Shown here: piece after piece, positions 1-9,972 of the stretch
Numbering within the stretch: the first letter of the stretch is position 1
Layout: each line of letters starts with the position of its first letter
Assembly: GCA_023246715.1 (NCBI GenBank)
Contig: JAHFHZ010000002.1
Span: 1-62,786 of the forward strand
DNA length: 62,786 nucleotides
Origin: Candidatus Magasanikiibacteriota bacterium
GTDB lineage: Bacteria > Patescibacteriota > Patescibacteriia > Magasanikbacterales > GWA2-37-8
Direction: 5' to 3'
Notes under the pieces: generated by a model
The model's input: the letters and a program-made list of their open reading frames with translations, nothing else
Databases searched by the model: none
Told to the model about the DNA's origin: nothing
Translations under genes and position numbers: made by a program

Positions 1-35
1 ATGGCCAAGACGTTTTCGTGGGAAATAGTTTCCAT
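1..35 (-). CDS. atpE: ATP synthase F0 subunit c, 5' fragment (runs off the window)
   Basis: ATG at 35 reads METISHENVLA...; directly downstream of atpB in canonical atpI-atpB-atpE order. Called by position only. Confidence 0.6.
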   Translation of the reverse strand, partial: METISHENVLA

Positions 36-183
36 ACGAATATATAAGTTTACCGATAATAACGCTTACCAACGGCAGTGGTACTACAGGCGCCCGCGTC
101 AAGCGCACTCCCACGTGCCAATTACCGATTAATTAAGTAAACAGGTTGCTACTTTCGACAAAGCACCAAACTGTTAGGCGTAA

Positions 184-972
184 TTAATGATGTTCTTCGT
201 CACCATGTGGCTCACTAGAGGCCACCGTCATATACACCAGCGCCAGAATGGCAAATACACTCGCCTGAATAAGGCCGACTAAAAGCTCAAGGAGCATAAA
301 GGGTGTCGGGACAACCACCGCCACGATACTGGTAATAACCGTTATCAGGACTTCACCTGCAAAAATATTACCGAATAAACGCAGCGACAACGAGAGAACC
401 TTGGAGGCTTCACTAACAATTTCGATGAGGCCTACCGCAAACTCAACCAACCCCCTAAAAATACCGATTGGTCCTTTACGTAAACTTTTTACCAAAGAAC
501 CAAGTTGGATAAACTTGTTAATATGCGTAAAAAAACCGACGGTCAAAAAACCAAAGATGTGCGAGGACACTACCGTTACGAGCGCCATTGCCAACGTCAA
601 ATTTAAGTCAGTGTTTGCCGGGCGAAGTAAAAAAGTATGGCCGACAGTGATACTACCAGTGCCTGGCAGAAGGCCCAGCCAATTGGAAAGCAGGATAAAG
701 AAAAAAACCGAGCCCGCGAGCGGCAAAAAGCGCATTGTTTTGGCTCGATCGCCAGTGACTTGGTCAAAATAGCTAAGCAGTGTGTCCAAAAAATATTCCA
801 TGCCGTTCTGAAAGTTACCCGGGCGGACAGCAAAACGTTTCCGGACAATTAAACCGAAGCCTAAAAAAATAAAAAGCGCGATCCACGCGTTTATAATGGT
901 GTTAGTAATTGGAAACGGCCCAAGATGAAAAAGGATTTCGGGTGCCAGGGACGGTATGTGTGGTTCAACCAT
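184..972 (-). CDS. atpB: ATP synthase F0 subunit a
   Basis: SLSLRLFGNIFAGE (essential Arg), NWLGLLPG, LIQASVF; multi-TM. Confidence 0.97.
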   Translation of the reverse strand: MVEPHIPSLAPEILFHLGPFPITNTIINAWIALFIFLGFGLIVRKRFAVRPGNFQNGMEYFLDTLLSYFDQVTGDRAKTMRFLPLAGSVFFFILLSNWLGLLPGTGSITVGHTFLLRPANTDLNLTLAMALVTVVSSHIFGFLTVGFFTHINKFIQLGSLVKSLRKGPIGIFRGLVEFAVGLIEIVSEASKVLSLSLRLFGNIFAGEVLITVITSIVAVVVPTPFMLLELLVGLIQASVFAILALVYMTVASSEPHGDEEHH

Positions 973-982
973 ACATGATAAA

Positions 983-1285
983 TTAAGTGTCTTTCAATTT
1001 TGACTCCGCAGAAGTTCCCGTTCCTTTGCGGCCAAGTTCGTTTATTTTTTCAAACTCTTCACCATACATCTTTGATTTTCGCTTGATAATGATCGTCGTA
1101 AACACCATGGCGACAAATAACCCCCCAAACATAAACCAGGGAACGGTGCCGTATTTTTCATCTACATAGCGCCCTGCCCAGGCCAGGACTACCGCAGGAA
1201 TAGCAATGTTGACGCTAAAATCCCCCACGATTCTCAAAGCGAACAAATAGTACAGGCGATCAGTGGAAGGCTTTTTATCGGTCAT
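983..1285 (-). CDS. AtpZ/AtpI family protein
   Basis: Two TM helices with GRYVDEKYGT.PW pattern; immediately upstream of atpB. Confidence 0.85.
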   Translation of the reverse strand: MTDKKPSTDRLYYLFALRIVGDFSVNIAIPAVVLAWAGRYVDEKYGTVPWFMFGGLFVAMVFTTIIIKRKSKMYGEEFEKINELGRKGTGTSAESKLKDT

Positions 1286-1349
1286 AAAGTGGAATTATTT
1301 TACTTGATAACCGTCAAAACGTCAAGAGATTTTGGGATTTGAGCGAGAG

Positions 1350-4031
1350 TTACCGTTTACTCCCGCGTCTTTGCAGCCTTTTGGCTATTTCCAGCGCAGG
1401 GATTATCAAAAAGGCGCAGGAAATCACAATCAACCAGTCGCCTTTTGTGAGCGAAAAAGTGTTGAAGGTTTTTTGCAGGAATGGGACATAAATTATGAGC
1501 ACAAGCAAGAGGAGCTCCCAGCCAACCGCGCGGTTCAACCATTTATTAGTGAAGAAATCTTTAAAGACTGACTGCTGTTCGGAACGAAAACTATAGGCCT
1601 TGAAAAATTGAATCAAAACCAGTGACACAAAGACCATCGTCATCGCTTCTTGCGCGCTGCGCCCGGAACGATATGCCCAGACAAAAAGCGATAAGTTTAG
1701 CAGTGTTGAGGCAAGCCCGCCGACAGCAATTAGGGTGGTCACTTTTTTGGTGAAGATGCCGGTTTTAGAAGGGCGCGGAGGCTCTTCCATAATACCTTTG
1801 GAAGGCGGATCAACAGCCAGGGCGAGGGCTGGCAGCCCATCGGTCGCCAGGTTTACATACAAAATTTGAACCGCGCTCAGGGGCAAGGGCAGCCCCAACA
1901 GGCTGGAGCCAATCATTAACCCCATTTCTCCAATATTTGAGGAAAGCAGGTACATCAGATATTTTTTTATATTCCCAAAAATTATTCTGCCCTCTTCCAC
2001 TGCCGATACAATTGAAGCGAAATTATCGTTTGTGAGCATCATATCGGAGGCCTCTTTGGTAACGTCGGTACCAGCAATTCCCATTGCAATTCCAATATCA
2101 GCCTTTTTAAGGGCCGGGGCATCGTTAACACCGTCGCCTGTCATGGCCACAATATGGCCATGCTTTTGGAGCATGCTCACGATCCGTAGTTTGTGCGCCG
2201 GCGAGACGCGTGCAAAGACAGAAATACTTTCGATATCCCGCTCCAATTCTTCGTCACTCATTTTTTCGATTTCCGTGCCGATAACGACTTTGCCCCCAGA
2301 TTGGAGCAGCCCTAATTCAAGCGCTATTGCCTGGGCGGTGATGGGGTGATCCCCAGTGATCATGGCCAGTTTTATGCCGGCTTTTTTACAGGTTTCAATA
2401 GCTTGCTTTGCTTCTGGTCGCGGCGGATCGATCATTCCGAATAAACCTAAAAAGGTCAGATTATTTTCGTGAATTTCGATACTGGTAATGTCGGCGGTCG
2501 CCACGGCAATAACCCGAAGCGCCTCGCGCGACATGTCTTCACCAGCTTGCAGAATATTTTTCCGCGTCTCTTCATCAAGCGGAACAGTATTTTTGGCATC
2601 ACGGTAGTCTTTGCAGGCATTCAAAATAACTTCCAGCGCGCCCTTGCTATAAATCCGATTCGTGGCCTCGTACCGATGCAGGGTACTCATCCGCTTTGTT
2701 TCGGAGCTAAAAGGAAGCTCCGCCAGACGGACGAATTTATCGTCTAACACGGCTTTATCCAAACCGGCTTTAGCGGCGGCTACCACTAACGCGCCCTCGG
2801 TCGGGTCCCCGCTTACCTCCCACTGCCCTTCGTGTTTTTTTATATGAGCATCAGAAGCAAGAAGGCCGGCTTCCAGCAAGCCAAGCAGCTGGACGGAGGG
2901 AGCAAATTTTTCGGAACCTACCTTAAAATCTCCAGAAGGCTCATATCCGCTGCCTGATATGTCGATAATTCCGACTCCCGGCAGCAAAATTTTGCGCGTG
3001 GTCATCTCATCTTTGGTGAGCGTGCCTGTTTTGTCCGAACAAATTATCGTAGTGGCGCCAAGGGTTTCAACTGCGGGCAAGCGTCGAACTAAAGCATTGC
3101 GCTTTACCATGCGCTGCACGCCAATAGCAAGCGAAATTGTGACCACAGCGGGTAGGGCTTCGGGAACAACCGCCACCGCCAGAGCGATTCCGAAAATAAA
3201 CAATTCAAGGAATGGCTGGGAGCGCAGCAACCCAAGCGCGATAACCACCACCACCAAACAAAAAGCGATTTTGGCTAAATTTTTACCGATCTTATCTAAA
3301 TTTTTCTGGAGCGGCGTTTCGCTGGCTTCAACCGACTCCAGGAGATGAGCTATTTTACCAAACTCAGTTTGCATGGCTGTCGCTACCACCACGGCCAGCC
3401 CACGCCCATAGGTGGCCGCGGTACCGGCAAAGACCATGTTTTTACGATCCCCAAGTGGGAGGTCTTGCTGGGCTAATCCCTCTGATTTTTTTTCAACCGG
3501 AATAGACTCTCCGGTTAGGGCAGCCTCTTCAATTTTTAAATTAATTGCTTTAATCAGGCGCGCGTCGGCGGGAATTTTATCGCCCGTAGAAATGATTATT
3601 ATATCCCCAGGCACAAGGTTTCTGGCAGCAATTTCTATTTCCTGCCCGTCGCGCATTGCCAAAGCCGTGGGTGCGGCCATTTTTTTCAAAGAATCAATGG
3701 CTTTTTCAGCGCGGTATTCCTGAATAAAGCCAAGCAAGACAGCAAATAAGACGATGACCGCGATAGCCCCGGCTTCCAAACCGTGCCCCAAAAATCCCGA
3801 CAGCACACTCGCGCCTAACAAAATTAAAATTAAAACATTCTTAAACTGTTCTATTAACAAGCTCAAGGCGGAAACTTTTTTACCTCCGGATAATTCATTA
3901 AACCCGTACTTCTCCAGCCGTTCGGCGGCCTGTTTGGAATCAAGCCCTTTTTCCGCAGAGACATTAAACATTTTTAAAATATCTTCCCCAGCGGAAACGT
4001 GCCACAGCTCTATTTTTTTATCTTCTTGCAT
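1350..4031 (-). CDS. Cation-translocating P-type ATPase, type IIA (Ca2+-like)
   Basis: DKTGTLT phosphorylation motif, TGES, PEALP, TGDGVNDAPALK, NLATDGLPA; start trimmed to ATG 4031 (MQEDKK). Confidence 0.95.
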   Translation of the reverse strand: MQEDKKIELWHVSAGEDILKMFNVSAEKGLDSKQAAERLEKYGFNELSGGKKVSALSLLIEQFKNVLILILLGASVLSGFLGHGLEAGAIAVIVLFAVLLGFIQEYRAEKAIDSLKKMAAPTALAMRDGQEIEIAARNLVPGDIIIISTGDKIPADARLIKAINLKIEEAALTGESIPVEKKSEGLAQQDLPLGDRKNMVFAGTAATYGRGLAVVVATAMQTEFGKIAHLLESVEASETPLQKNLDKIGKNLAKIAFCLVVVVIALGLLRSQPFLELFIFGIALAVAVVPEALPAVVTISLAIGVQRMVKRNALVRRLPAVETLGATTIICSDKTGTLTKDEMTTRKILLPGVGIIDISGSGYEPSGDFKVGSEKFAPSVQLLGLLEAGLLASDAHIKKHEGQWEVSGDPTEGALVVAAAKAGLDKAVLDDKFVRLAELPFSSETKRMSTLHRYEATNRIYSKGALEVILNACKDYRDAKNTVPLDEETRKNILQAGEDMSREALRVIAVATADITSIEIHENNLTFLGLFGMIDPPRPEAKQAIETCKKAGIKLAMITGDHPITAQAIALELGLLQSGGKVVIGTEIEKMSDEELERDIESISVFARVSPAHKLRIVSMLQKHGHIVAMTGDGVNDAPALKKADIGIAMGIAGTDVTKEASDMMLTNDNFASIVSAVEEGRIIFGNIKKYLMYLLSSNIGEMGLMIGSSLLGLPLPLSAVQILYVNLATDGLPALALAVDPPSKGIMEEPPRPSKTGIFTKKVTTLIAVGGLASTLLNLSLFVWAYRSGRSAQEAMTMVFVSLVLIQFFKAYSFRSEQQSVFKDFFTNKWLNRAVGWELLLLVLIIYVPFLQKTFNTFSLTKGDWLIVISCAFLIIPALEIAKRLQRRGSKR

Positions 4032-4079
4032 AGTAACAATAGAATTTAAGCAATCAGTAACTATAGTTATAATAACCAA

Positions 4080-4937
4080 TTATCCTAACTTTATAAATAG
4101 GGCTCGGGCATTCGCGGTGGTGGCTTCTTGTACTTCAGAGGGTTCGCAGCCCTTGATTTCGGCAATTTTTTTGGCGACTTCTTCAACCATCCACGGTTCG
4201 GCGCGTTTGCCTCGATACGATCCGGGAGCCAGATACGGCGCATCGGTTTCGAGCAACATCCGGTCGAGAGGACACTTTTTAACTACTTCCAGAAGCGCCT
4301 GCTGCGCGCCAGGATCGCTCTTTTTTGGGGGAAAAGTGATAATACCGGTAAAACCAAGGTAGAGTCCCAAATCCAAAAATTGGACGGCGTTTTCCCAGTT
4401 GCTTATAAAACAATGAACAACTCCCCTCACCTGTGATTCGCCACGGACATTAAGCTCGGTTCGGAGTAACTCCAGCATTTCTCCATAAGCGTCACGCACA
4501 TGAATGACGAGCGGCAAATCCATTTCACGCGCGAGCTTAACATGTTGCAAAAAAACTGCTTGTTGCTTGGCCAAAACAATTTCACGTGAAATACCATCAG
4601 GCAGGCGGTATAAATCTAATCCACATTCACCAATACCGATTGTTTTGGGATGAGCGGCTAATTTTTTGTATTGTTCGTAATCAAAATTTTCTTCGCGGGT
4701 TTGAAACGATGATTCTTCCTCATCGAGATGCTGTGAAAATAAATGTACCGGATGCAACCCGACACTGGCAAAAACCCCTGGGTATTTTTCGGCCAGAGCC
4801 AATGCCCCCGCACTGGTACTGGCCTGAGTTCCCACCAGATTCATGAGGACGTCTTTGCCTAACGTGCGTTGTATTACCTCGTCCGCATCGGCTTTAAAGG
4901 CGTTGAAATGCACGTGGCAATGGGTATCGACCAACAT
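4080..4937 (-). CDS. tatD: TatD family hydrolase/DNase
   Basis: DTHCH, GLHP, IGECGLD, HVRDA, HCF, ETDAPYL. Confidence 0.95.
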   Translation of the reverse strand: MLVDTHCHVHFNAFKADADEVIQRTLGKDVLMNLVGTQASTSAGALALAEKYPGVFASVGLHPVHLFSQHLDEEESSFQTREENFDYEQYKKLAAHPKTIGIGECGLDLYRLPDGISREIVLAKQQAVFLQHVKLAREMDLPLVIHVRDAYGEMLELLRTELNVRGESQVRGVVHCFISNWENAVQFLDLGLYLGFTGIITFPPKKSDPGAQQALLEVVKKCPLDRMLLETDAPYLAPGSYRGKRAEPWMVEEVAKKIAEIKGCEPSEVQEATTANARALFIKLG

Positions 4938-4947
4938 ATCAAAATTT

Positions 4948-5553
4948 CTAACGGAATTTTAAAGCAGACGTACTAAAACCTTCAGGAATTTTGAACTCCT
5001 TGGGCAATGCCGGTAATTTTACATTCGGCATGCCTCCGCCGGTAAAACTAGTGACGGCCTGTAAAACATTTTCATCTAGTAGCGGCCACAAGAAAGAGGT
5101 TAACGGGACAATACGTTTGGCCATTTTGGATTTCTCGACAGCCTCCATGAAAGCTGGGCTAGGGGGGAATTTGCTGACAAAAAACAAAGCGATACCGACC
5201 ACAATTACCCCTTCAATGAGGCCAAACCCAGCGCCAAGCAACCGATCGAGGCTGCCCAAAATTGGCAGACGGGCTAAAATCCCGAATAATTTGTTGGCCG
5301 CCCAAAATACAATCCCCACCAGGCGGTTACTAATGACGAACAAAATAATAAAAACAACAATACGGACAAAATTTTCGTTCCAATGGGTAAAATTAATCAA
5401 CCACTTGGCCAGCGGTTCATAATAATGACTGGCCACGTAAATACCCAGAATAGTGCCGACCACCGAGCCCAGCGCCTGAATGAGCCCGGACTTATAACCA
5501 AAATACGCGAAAGCCACGAGGGTTATCGCGATGATAATGTCTACTAGAGACAT
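4948..5553 (-). CDS. CvpA family membrane protein
   Basis: D.II...G...G pattern, LDRLLGAGFG, 4 TM helices. Confidence 0.85.
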   Translation of the reverse strand: MSLVDIIIAITLVAFAYFGYKSGLIQALGSVVGTILGIYVASHYYEPLAKWLINFTHWNENFVRIVVFIILFVISNRLVGIVFWAANKLFGILARLPILGSLDRLLGAGFGLIEGVIVVGIALFFVSKFPPSPAFMEAVEKSKMAKRIVPLTSFLWPLLDENVLQAVTSFTGGGMPNVKLPALPKEFKIPEGFSTSALKFR

Positions 5554-5572
5554 ACGAAGTGTGGGTTAAAAA

Positions 5573-7123
5573 TTAGGAAACAACAACTTTGGGAGCTTGT
5601 AAACGAGGAAACAGCTGGGCGCTGGCGATTGTTTTGTTGCCTACAGTCAGTTCTACCCATTGAGATAATTCTGCTAGGGGTTTGGCGAACTCGATGGCGG
5701 TTTCCAAACCTAGGGCGGTAATTATTTTTTCGGCTGTCTCGGGAAGTACGGGCCAGACCATCGTGGCGATATGGCGAAGCGCTTCGGCGAGGTAATACAA
5801 CAAATCGTCAACTTCGCTGGCGCGGCCATCTTTAATCATCACCCAGGGGCGGCGGTCGGAAATAAGCTGATCACAGTACGCGACGAACTTCCACGCTTCT
5901 TCGAGCGCCTGGTCAAAACGCCAACGGCTCATAGCCGCCTGATACGCTGGCCAAATTTTATGTTTTAACAGATCGGACATTTCGTGGTTTACGTTTTCGA
6001 CTTCGGGAATAACCCCGCCGGTATATTTATCGATCATCGAAAATACCCGGCTGGCCAGATTACCCAATCCGTTGGCCAAATCGCCTTGATAGCGTTCTAA
6101 AAATTTGGCGCGTGAAAAATCGCCGTCGTTATCAAACGGAATTTCACGCATAAAAAAATAACGCAGCGCTTCGAGCGGGTACTCTTCAATCAGGGCCAGC
6201 GGATTGACCACGTTACCGATGGTTTTGCTCATCTTTTGGCCTTCAACGGTAATCCAGCCATGCACGGCAATCTGCCGTGGGGGTTCGAGCCCGGCGGCCA
6301 TGAGCATCGCTGGCCACAAGAGCGAATGAAAACGATTAATTTCTTTGCCGACCATATTAACGCCGGGCCAAAACTTGCGCAGCAGGCTTTCGTCGGCGCT
6401 GCCATAGCCAAGCGCGGTAATATAATTGGTGAGGGCATCAAACCAAACGTACATGACTTGCGCATCGTCGCCCGGCACCGGGACCCCCCAGGGTAATTTT
6501 TCTTTGACCCGTGAAATACTTACGTCTTCGAGGCCGCTTTTGAGCATATTGACCATTTCACGCGAACGGCCTTCGGGGTGGACAAAGTGGGGATTTTTTT
6601 CAAATAAAAACTCCAGCGGTTCCTGATAGCGAGAGAGGCGAAAGAAATAGTTTTCTTCGGTGAGCTGTTCGGGCACTGTTAAATGATCCGAGCATTTACC
6701 ATTAACCAGATCTTTTTCAGTTTTAAAACTTTCACAGCCCACGCAGTATAGCCCCGTATAGGCTTTTTTATAGATATCCCCGCTTTGCTGGACTGATTGC
6801 CAAAATTTTTGAGCGCCCAAGCGATGACGATCTTCGGTGGTGCGGATAAAATCGTTATTGGTGATATTCCATTGATCGGCCATGTTTTGGAATAAAGCGG
6901 ACATTTTTTCGGCGTAGCTGCCCGGGGTCATGCCAAATTCGCGGGCGGTTTTGAGAACTTTTTGGCCATGCTCGTCGGTGCCGGTGAGAAAAAAAACCTC
7001 ATTACCCAGCAAGCGTTGGTAACGGGCCATGGTGTCGGCGTACAAAAATTCCAATAAGTGCCCAATGTGCGGCTCGGCGTTGGCGTAGGGAATGGCGGTG
7101 CTGATGAAAAAATTATCTGGCAT
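5573..7123 (-). CDS. metG: Methionyl-tRNA synthetase (short form, no C-terminal tRNA-binding domain)
   Basis: PYAN..PHIGH, GTDEHG, YVWFDAL, KMSKT. Confidence 0.97.
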   Translation of the reverse strand: MPDNFFISTAIPYANAEPHIGHLLEFLYADTMARYQRLLGNEVFFLTGTDEHGQKVLKTAREFGMTPGSYAEKMSALFQNMADQWNITNNDFIRTTEDRHRLGAQKFWQSVQQSGDIYKKAYTGLYCVGCESFKTEKDLVNGKCSDHLTVPEQLTEENYFFRLSRYQEPLEFLFEKNPHFVHPEGRSREMVNMLKSGLEDVSISRVKEKLPWGVPVPGDDAQVMYVWFDALTNYITALGYGSADESLLRKFWPGVNMVGKEINRFHSLLWPAMLMAAGLEPPRQIAVHGWITVEGQKMSKTIGNVVNPLALIEEYPLEALRYFFMREIPFDNDGDFSRAKFLERYQGDLANGLGNLASRVFSMIDKYTGGVIPEVENVNHEMSDLLKHKIWPAYQAAMSRWRFDQALEEAWKFVAYCDQLISDRRPWVMIKDGRASEVDDLLYYLAEALRHIATMVWPVLPETAEKIITALGLETAIEFAKPLAELSQWVELTVGNKTIASAQLFPRLQAPKVVVS

Positions 7124-7134
7124 ATGGGATACAA

Positions 7135-7821
7135 TCAATTTGCTGAAGGGCTTACCACTACCACGAATTCTCCGCGCTCATCGGGGGCGGCGGCAACCAA
7201 TTGAGCCACCGTGCCTCGATAGATTGTCTCAAATTTTTTGGTTAATTCCCGGCAGACTACGATCTGGCGGTTTGGATGTAACAACGCGGAAAGTTCGGCT
7301 AGGCATCGCGTGATGCGGTGGCCTGATTCATAAAACACTACAGTGTGAGAACTTTGTTCAACTTCTTTAAAAAATTTTTGCCGTTTATTTTTGTGAGGGG
7401 GAAACCCCAAAAACAGAAATTTATCCGTAGGCAGCCCCGAGACAGACAGGGCGGTAATTAGCGCCGAAGGACCGGGAATGGGGATGATTTGGATTTGCGG
7501 ATTACCAATCAAGTGCGCAACCAATACATTCCCCGGATCACTAATACCCGGGGTACCGGCATCGGTTACTAATGCCAAGTTTTTTCCTTCTTCCAGAAGC
7601 GCTTGGATTTCTTTTGTCTTGCGCCGGTCGCTATGTTGGTGATAACTCAAAAGCGAACGCTGTATTTGATAATGTTGTAACAATTTGGCCGTTACACGGG
7701 TATCCTCGCATAAAATAACATCTACCGAGCGTAAAATAGACAGCGCCCGGAGGGTTATGTCGTCTAAATTGCCGATCGGCGTTGCCACTACATATAAAAT
7801 CCCAGTCGGCATAAACACCAT
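7135..7821 (-). CDS. rsmI: 16S rRNA C1402 2'-O-methyltransferase
   Basis: VATPIGNLDDIT.RA, CEDTR, DAGTPGISDPG, RELTKKFE. Confidence 0.97.
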   Translation of the reverse strand: MVFMPTGILYVVATPIGNLDDITLRALSILRSVDVILCEDTRVTAKLLQHYQIQRSLLSYHQHSDRRKTKEIQALLEEGKNLALVTDAGTPGISDPGNVLVAHLIGNPQIQIIPIPGPSALITALSVSGLPTDKFLFLGFPPHKNKRQKFFKEVEQSSHTVVFYESGHRITRCLAELSALLHPNRQIVVCRELTKKFETIYRGTVAQLVAAAPDERGEFVVVVSPSAN

Positions 7822-7912
7822 TATTTTACTATAATTTCGCCTAAAAGTAAAACAAAAATTAAGGGCCAGTCAATAGCTGCCCCCTCTAACCAAACTATTT
7901 AAATATGGCTTG

Positions 7913-9112
7913 CTAACTAGCGGGGTTGGGTTGCAGATGAGCAACAATTCGCTGGAGTTGTTCCAGAGTGTACTGAATATCTTGCTTGCGTGTACCACTG
8001 CCCAAAGAAAAACGAACGGCTGCGCGTGCTTGTTTTTGGGGAATGCCAATAGCAGTAAGAACATGAGAGCTACTAAGTGATTTGTCGGTACAGGCCGAAC
8101 CGGCCGAACAGCTGATGCCAAACTCATCTAAGTATAGGAGTAGCATTTCACTCTCCAATCCAGGAACAGAGATATTTAGATTATTGGGTAGTCGATCTGG
8201 CCCAATCGCCGGGCCATGCAACACGGCGTCGGGGATATTGGCAGAAAGTTCTGTCCAAAAAAAATGAGACAACTCGCGCAAATCATCGCTAACTGTTGGT
8301 TTAGCGCGCTCGCTGATTTCCAGGGCTTTGGCCAGACCAACGATGCCAGGAACATTTTCGGTGCCTGCTCGCAATCGGCGTTCTTGGCCGCCCCCATGCA
8401 TGATCGGCTGCAAGGGAACACCTCGTCGAACATACAATAAGCCGCTCCCCTTGGGTCCATACATTTTGGCCGCGTTTAAAGTAAGTAAATCGACATGCAA
8501 TTTTTCTACATCAAGCGACAAAAATCCGGCGGCTTGGCAGGCATCGGTATGAAAATAGGGCCAAGCGGTTTTATTCTTAGCGCGATATTGCAACAGGGCG
8601 CGACCGATTTCGGCGATTGGCTCAATGGTGCCAATTTCGTTGTTAGCATACATCACGGACATAAGCACCGTATCGCTCCGGATGGCCTTAAGAACTGCAG
8701 CAGGATCAACTAGGCCAGATTTATCAACCGGAATATAGGTAATTTCATACCCCCACTGCTTGAGCGCTTCTAGCGACTCAAGAACTGATTCGTGTTCAAT
8801 GGCGAGGCTGATGATGTGCTGGCCTTTTTTGGCTGACGCCTTGGCTACGCCAAAAATCGCCAGGTTGTTGGCTTCGGTGCCGCCGCTGGTAAAAATAATA
8901 TTTTCAGAGTTCGCACGCAGTATCCGCGCGATCGTCTGTCGACTTGATTCAACTGCTTGACGCGCGGCTTGGGCGTGTTTATAAATCGCCGATGGGTTAC
9001 CAAATTGTTCGGTAAAATACGGCAACATGGCCGAGAGCACCGCCGGAGCAGTCGGGGTAGCGGCAGCATGATCAAGATAGACGTGTTGAATTTTTTTTGG
9101 TTTCGCTAACAT
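7913..9112 (-). CDS. Cysteine desulfurase (IscS/NifS/NifZ type)
   Basis: YLDHAAATP, TSGGTEANN, NNEIGT, HTDACQ, PLP-Lys in AKMYGPKG, catalytic SAGSAC. Confidence 0.95.
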   Translation of the reverse strand: MLAKPKKIQHVYLDHAAATPTAPAVLSAMLPYFTEQFGNPSAIYKHAQAARQAVESSRQTIARILRANSENIIFTSGGTEANNLAIFGVAKASAKKGQHIISLAIEHESVLESLEALKQWGYEITYIPVDKSGLVDPAAVLKAIRSDTVLMSVMYANNEIGTIEPIAEIGRALLQYRAKNKTAWPYFHTDACQAAGFLSLDVEKLHVDLLTLNAAKMYGPKGSGLLYVRRGVPLQPIMHGGGQERRLRAGTENVPGIVGLAKALEISERAKPTVSDDLRELSHFFWTELSANIPDAVLHGPAIGPDRLPNNLNISVPGLESEMLLLYLDEFGISCSAGSACTDKSLSSSHVLTAIGIPQKQARAAVRFSLGSGTRKQDIQYTLEQLQRIVAHLQPNPAS

Positions 9113-9125
9113 GATGCAAATTAGG

Positions 9126-9716
9126 CTAGAACGGCAAAGTGAGATTAATACTTTTTTTGGCCCCAACCACGTTTGCTTTGGGGAACGAACAATCTACCGC
9201 GAACGGCAGCATTTCGCCAGTGAGTGACTTATAGAATAGTTGACCGTTGTCTCTGCCAAATTCATACAATTCTTTGGTAACCCGCACGTCTTGTTCGCAA
9301 TATTTTTTTATTTCATCAATTTTACCTTCTTTCCACCAACGAATCGCCTGTAAACCATCGGCGCTTTTAGTGACATTATCGAGCGTGGCCGCAGCAATGT
9401 CGGCAAGCTTGAGGCGAATCCCTAGGCTTTGTTTGACACATTTCATCAGATCCAGATGGGGGAATGACAAAAGATCCCCAAGATAATAATTATTCAAAAC
9501 TGGTAAATCGAAATGTTCACTGTTAAACCCAATCAAACGATCGGCATGCTCGAATAGTGGCCAAACTTTGCCCAACTCACCTTCCGTATAGCTCTCGTAT
9601 TGGCCAGTTTCATAGCGATACAGTGAAATTACCGAAACGCGCAATTTTTTGAAGTCGTTATCTACGTCGGCGAAGGTATTTTGTGTTTCAATATCAAAAA
9701 CAATCTCATTGGGCAT
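9126..9716 (-). CDS. RNase H-like DEDD 3'-5' exonuclease (YprB/RNase_H_2-like)
   Basis: FDIET, GFNSEHFDLP, HLDL, YCEQDV. Confidence 0.85.
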   Translation of the reverse strand: MPNEIVFDIETQNTFADVDNDFKKLRVSVISLYRYETGQYESYTEGELGKVWPLFEHADRLIGFNSEHFDLPVLNNYYLGDLLSFPHLDLMKCVKQSLGIRLKLADIAAATLDNVTKSADGLQAIRWWKEGKIDEIKKYCEQDVRVTKELYEFGRDNGQLFYKSLTGEMLPFAVDCSFPKANVVGAKKSINLTLPF

Positions 9717-9729
9717 AACAAAAGCGCGC

Positions 9730-9963
9730 TTAAATTTTCAAAAGCTGATCAATTTTTGGTTTGTCAAAACCAATGATAATTTCGCCGTCGAAATCGATAA
9801 CCGGCACGCCCATTTGCCCGGATTTATGGATCATTTCTTCGGCTTTGGGCTGATCTTCGGCCACGTTATAATCCGTGAACGGAATATTTTTAGAAGTTAA
9901 ATACTCTTTTGCCTTATGACACCACGGGCAAGAAGGCGTGGAATAGATAAGAACGGTGGCCAT
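9730..9963 (-). CDS. Glutaredoxin-like protein (NrdH/YruB family)
   Basis: CPWC active site, GQMGVPV, IIGFD. Confidence 0.92.
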   Translation of the reverse strand: MATVLIYSTPSCPWCHKAKEYLTSKNIPFTDYNVAEDQPKAEEMIHKSGQMGVPVIDFDGEIIIGFDKPKIDQLLKI

Positions 9964-9972
9964 ACAAAAATT

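Noticed and set aside
36..183. Possible structured RNA between atpB and atpE
   Set aside because: Only weak, interrupted pairing; no family I can recognise.
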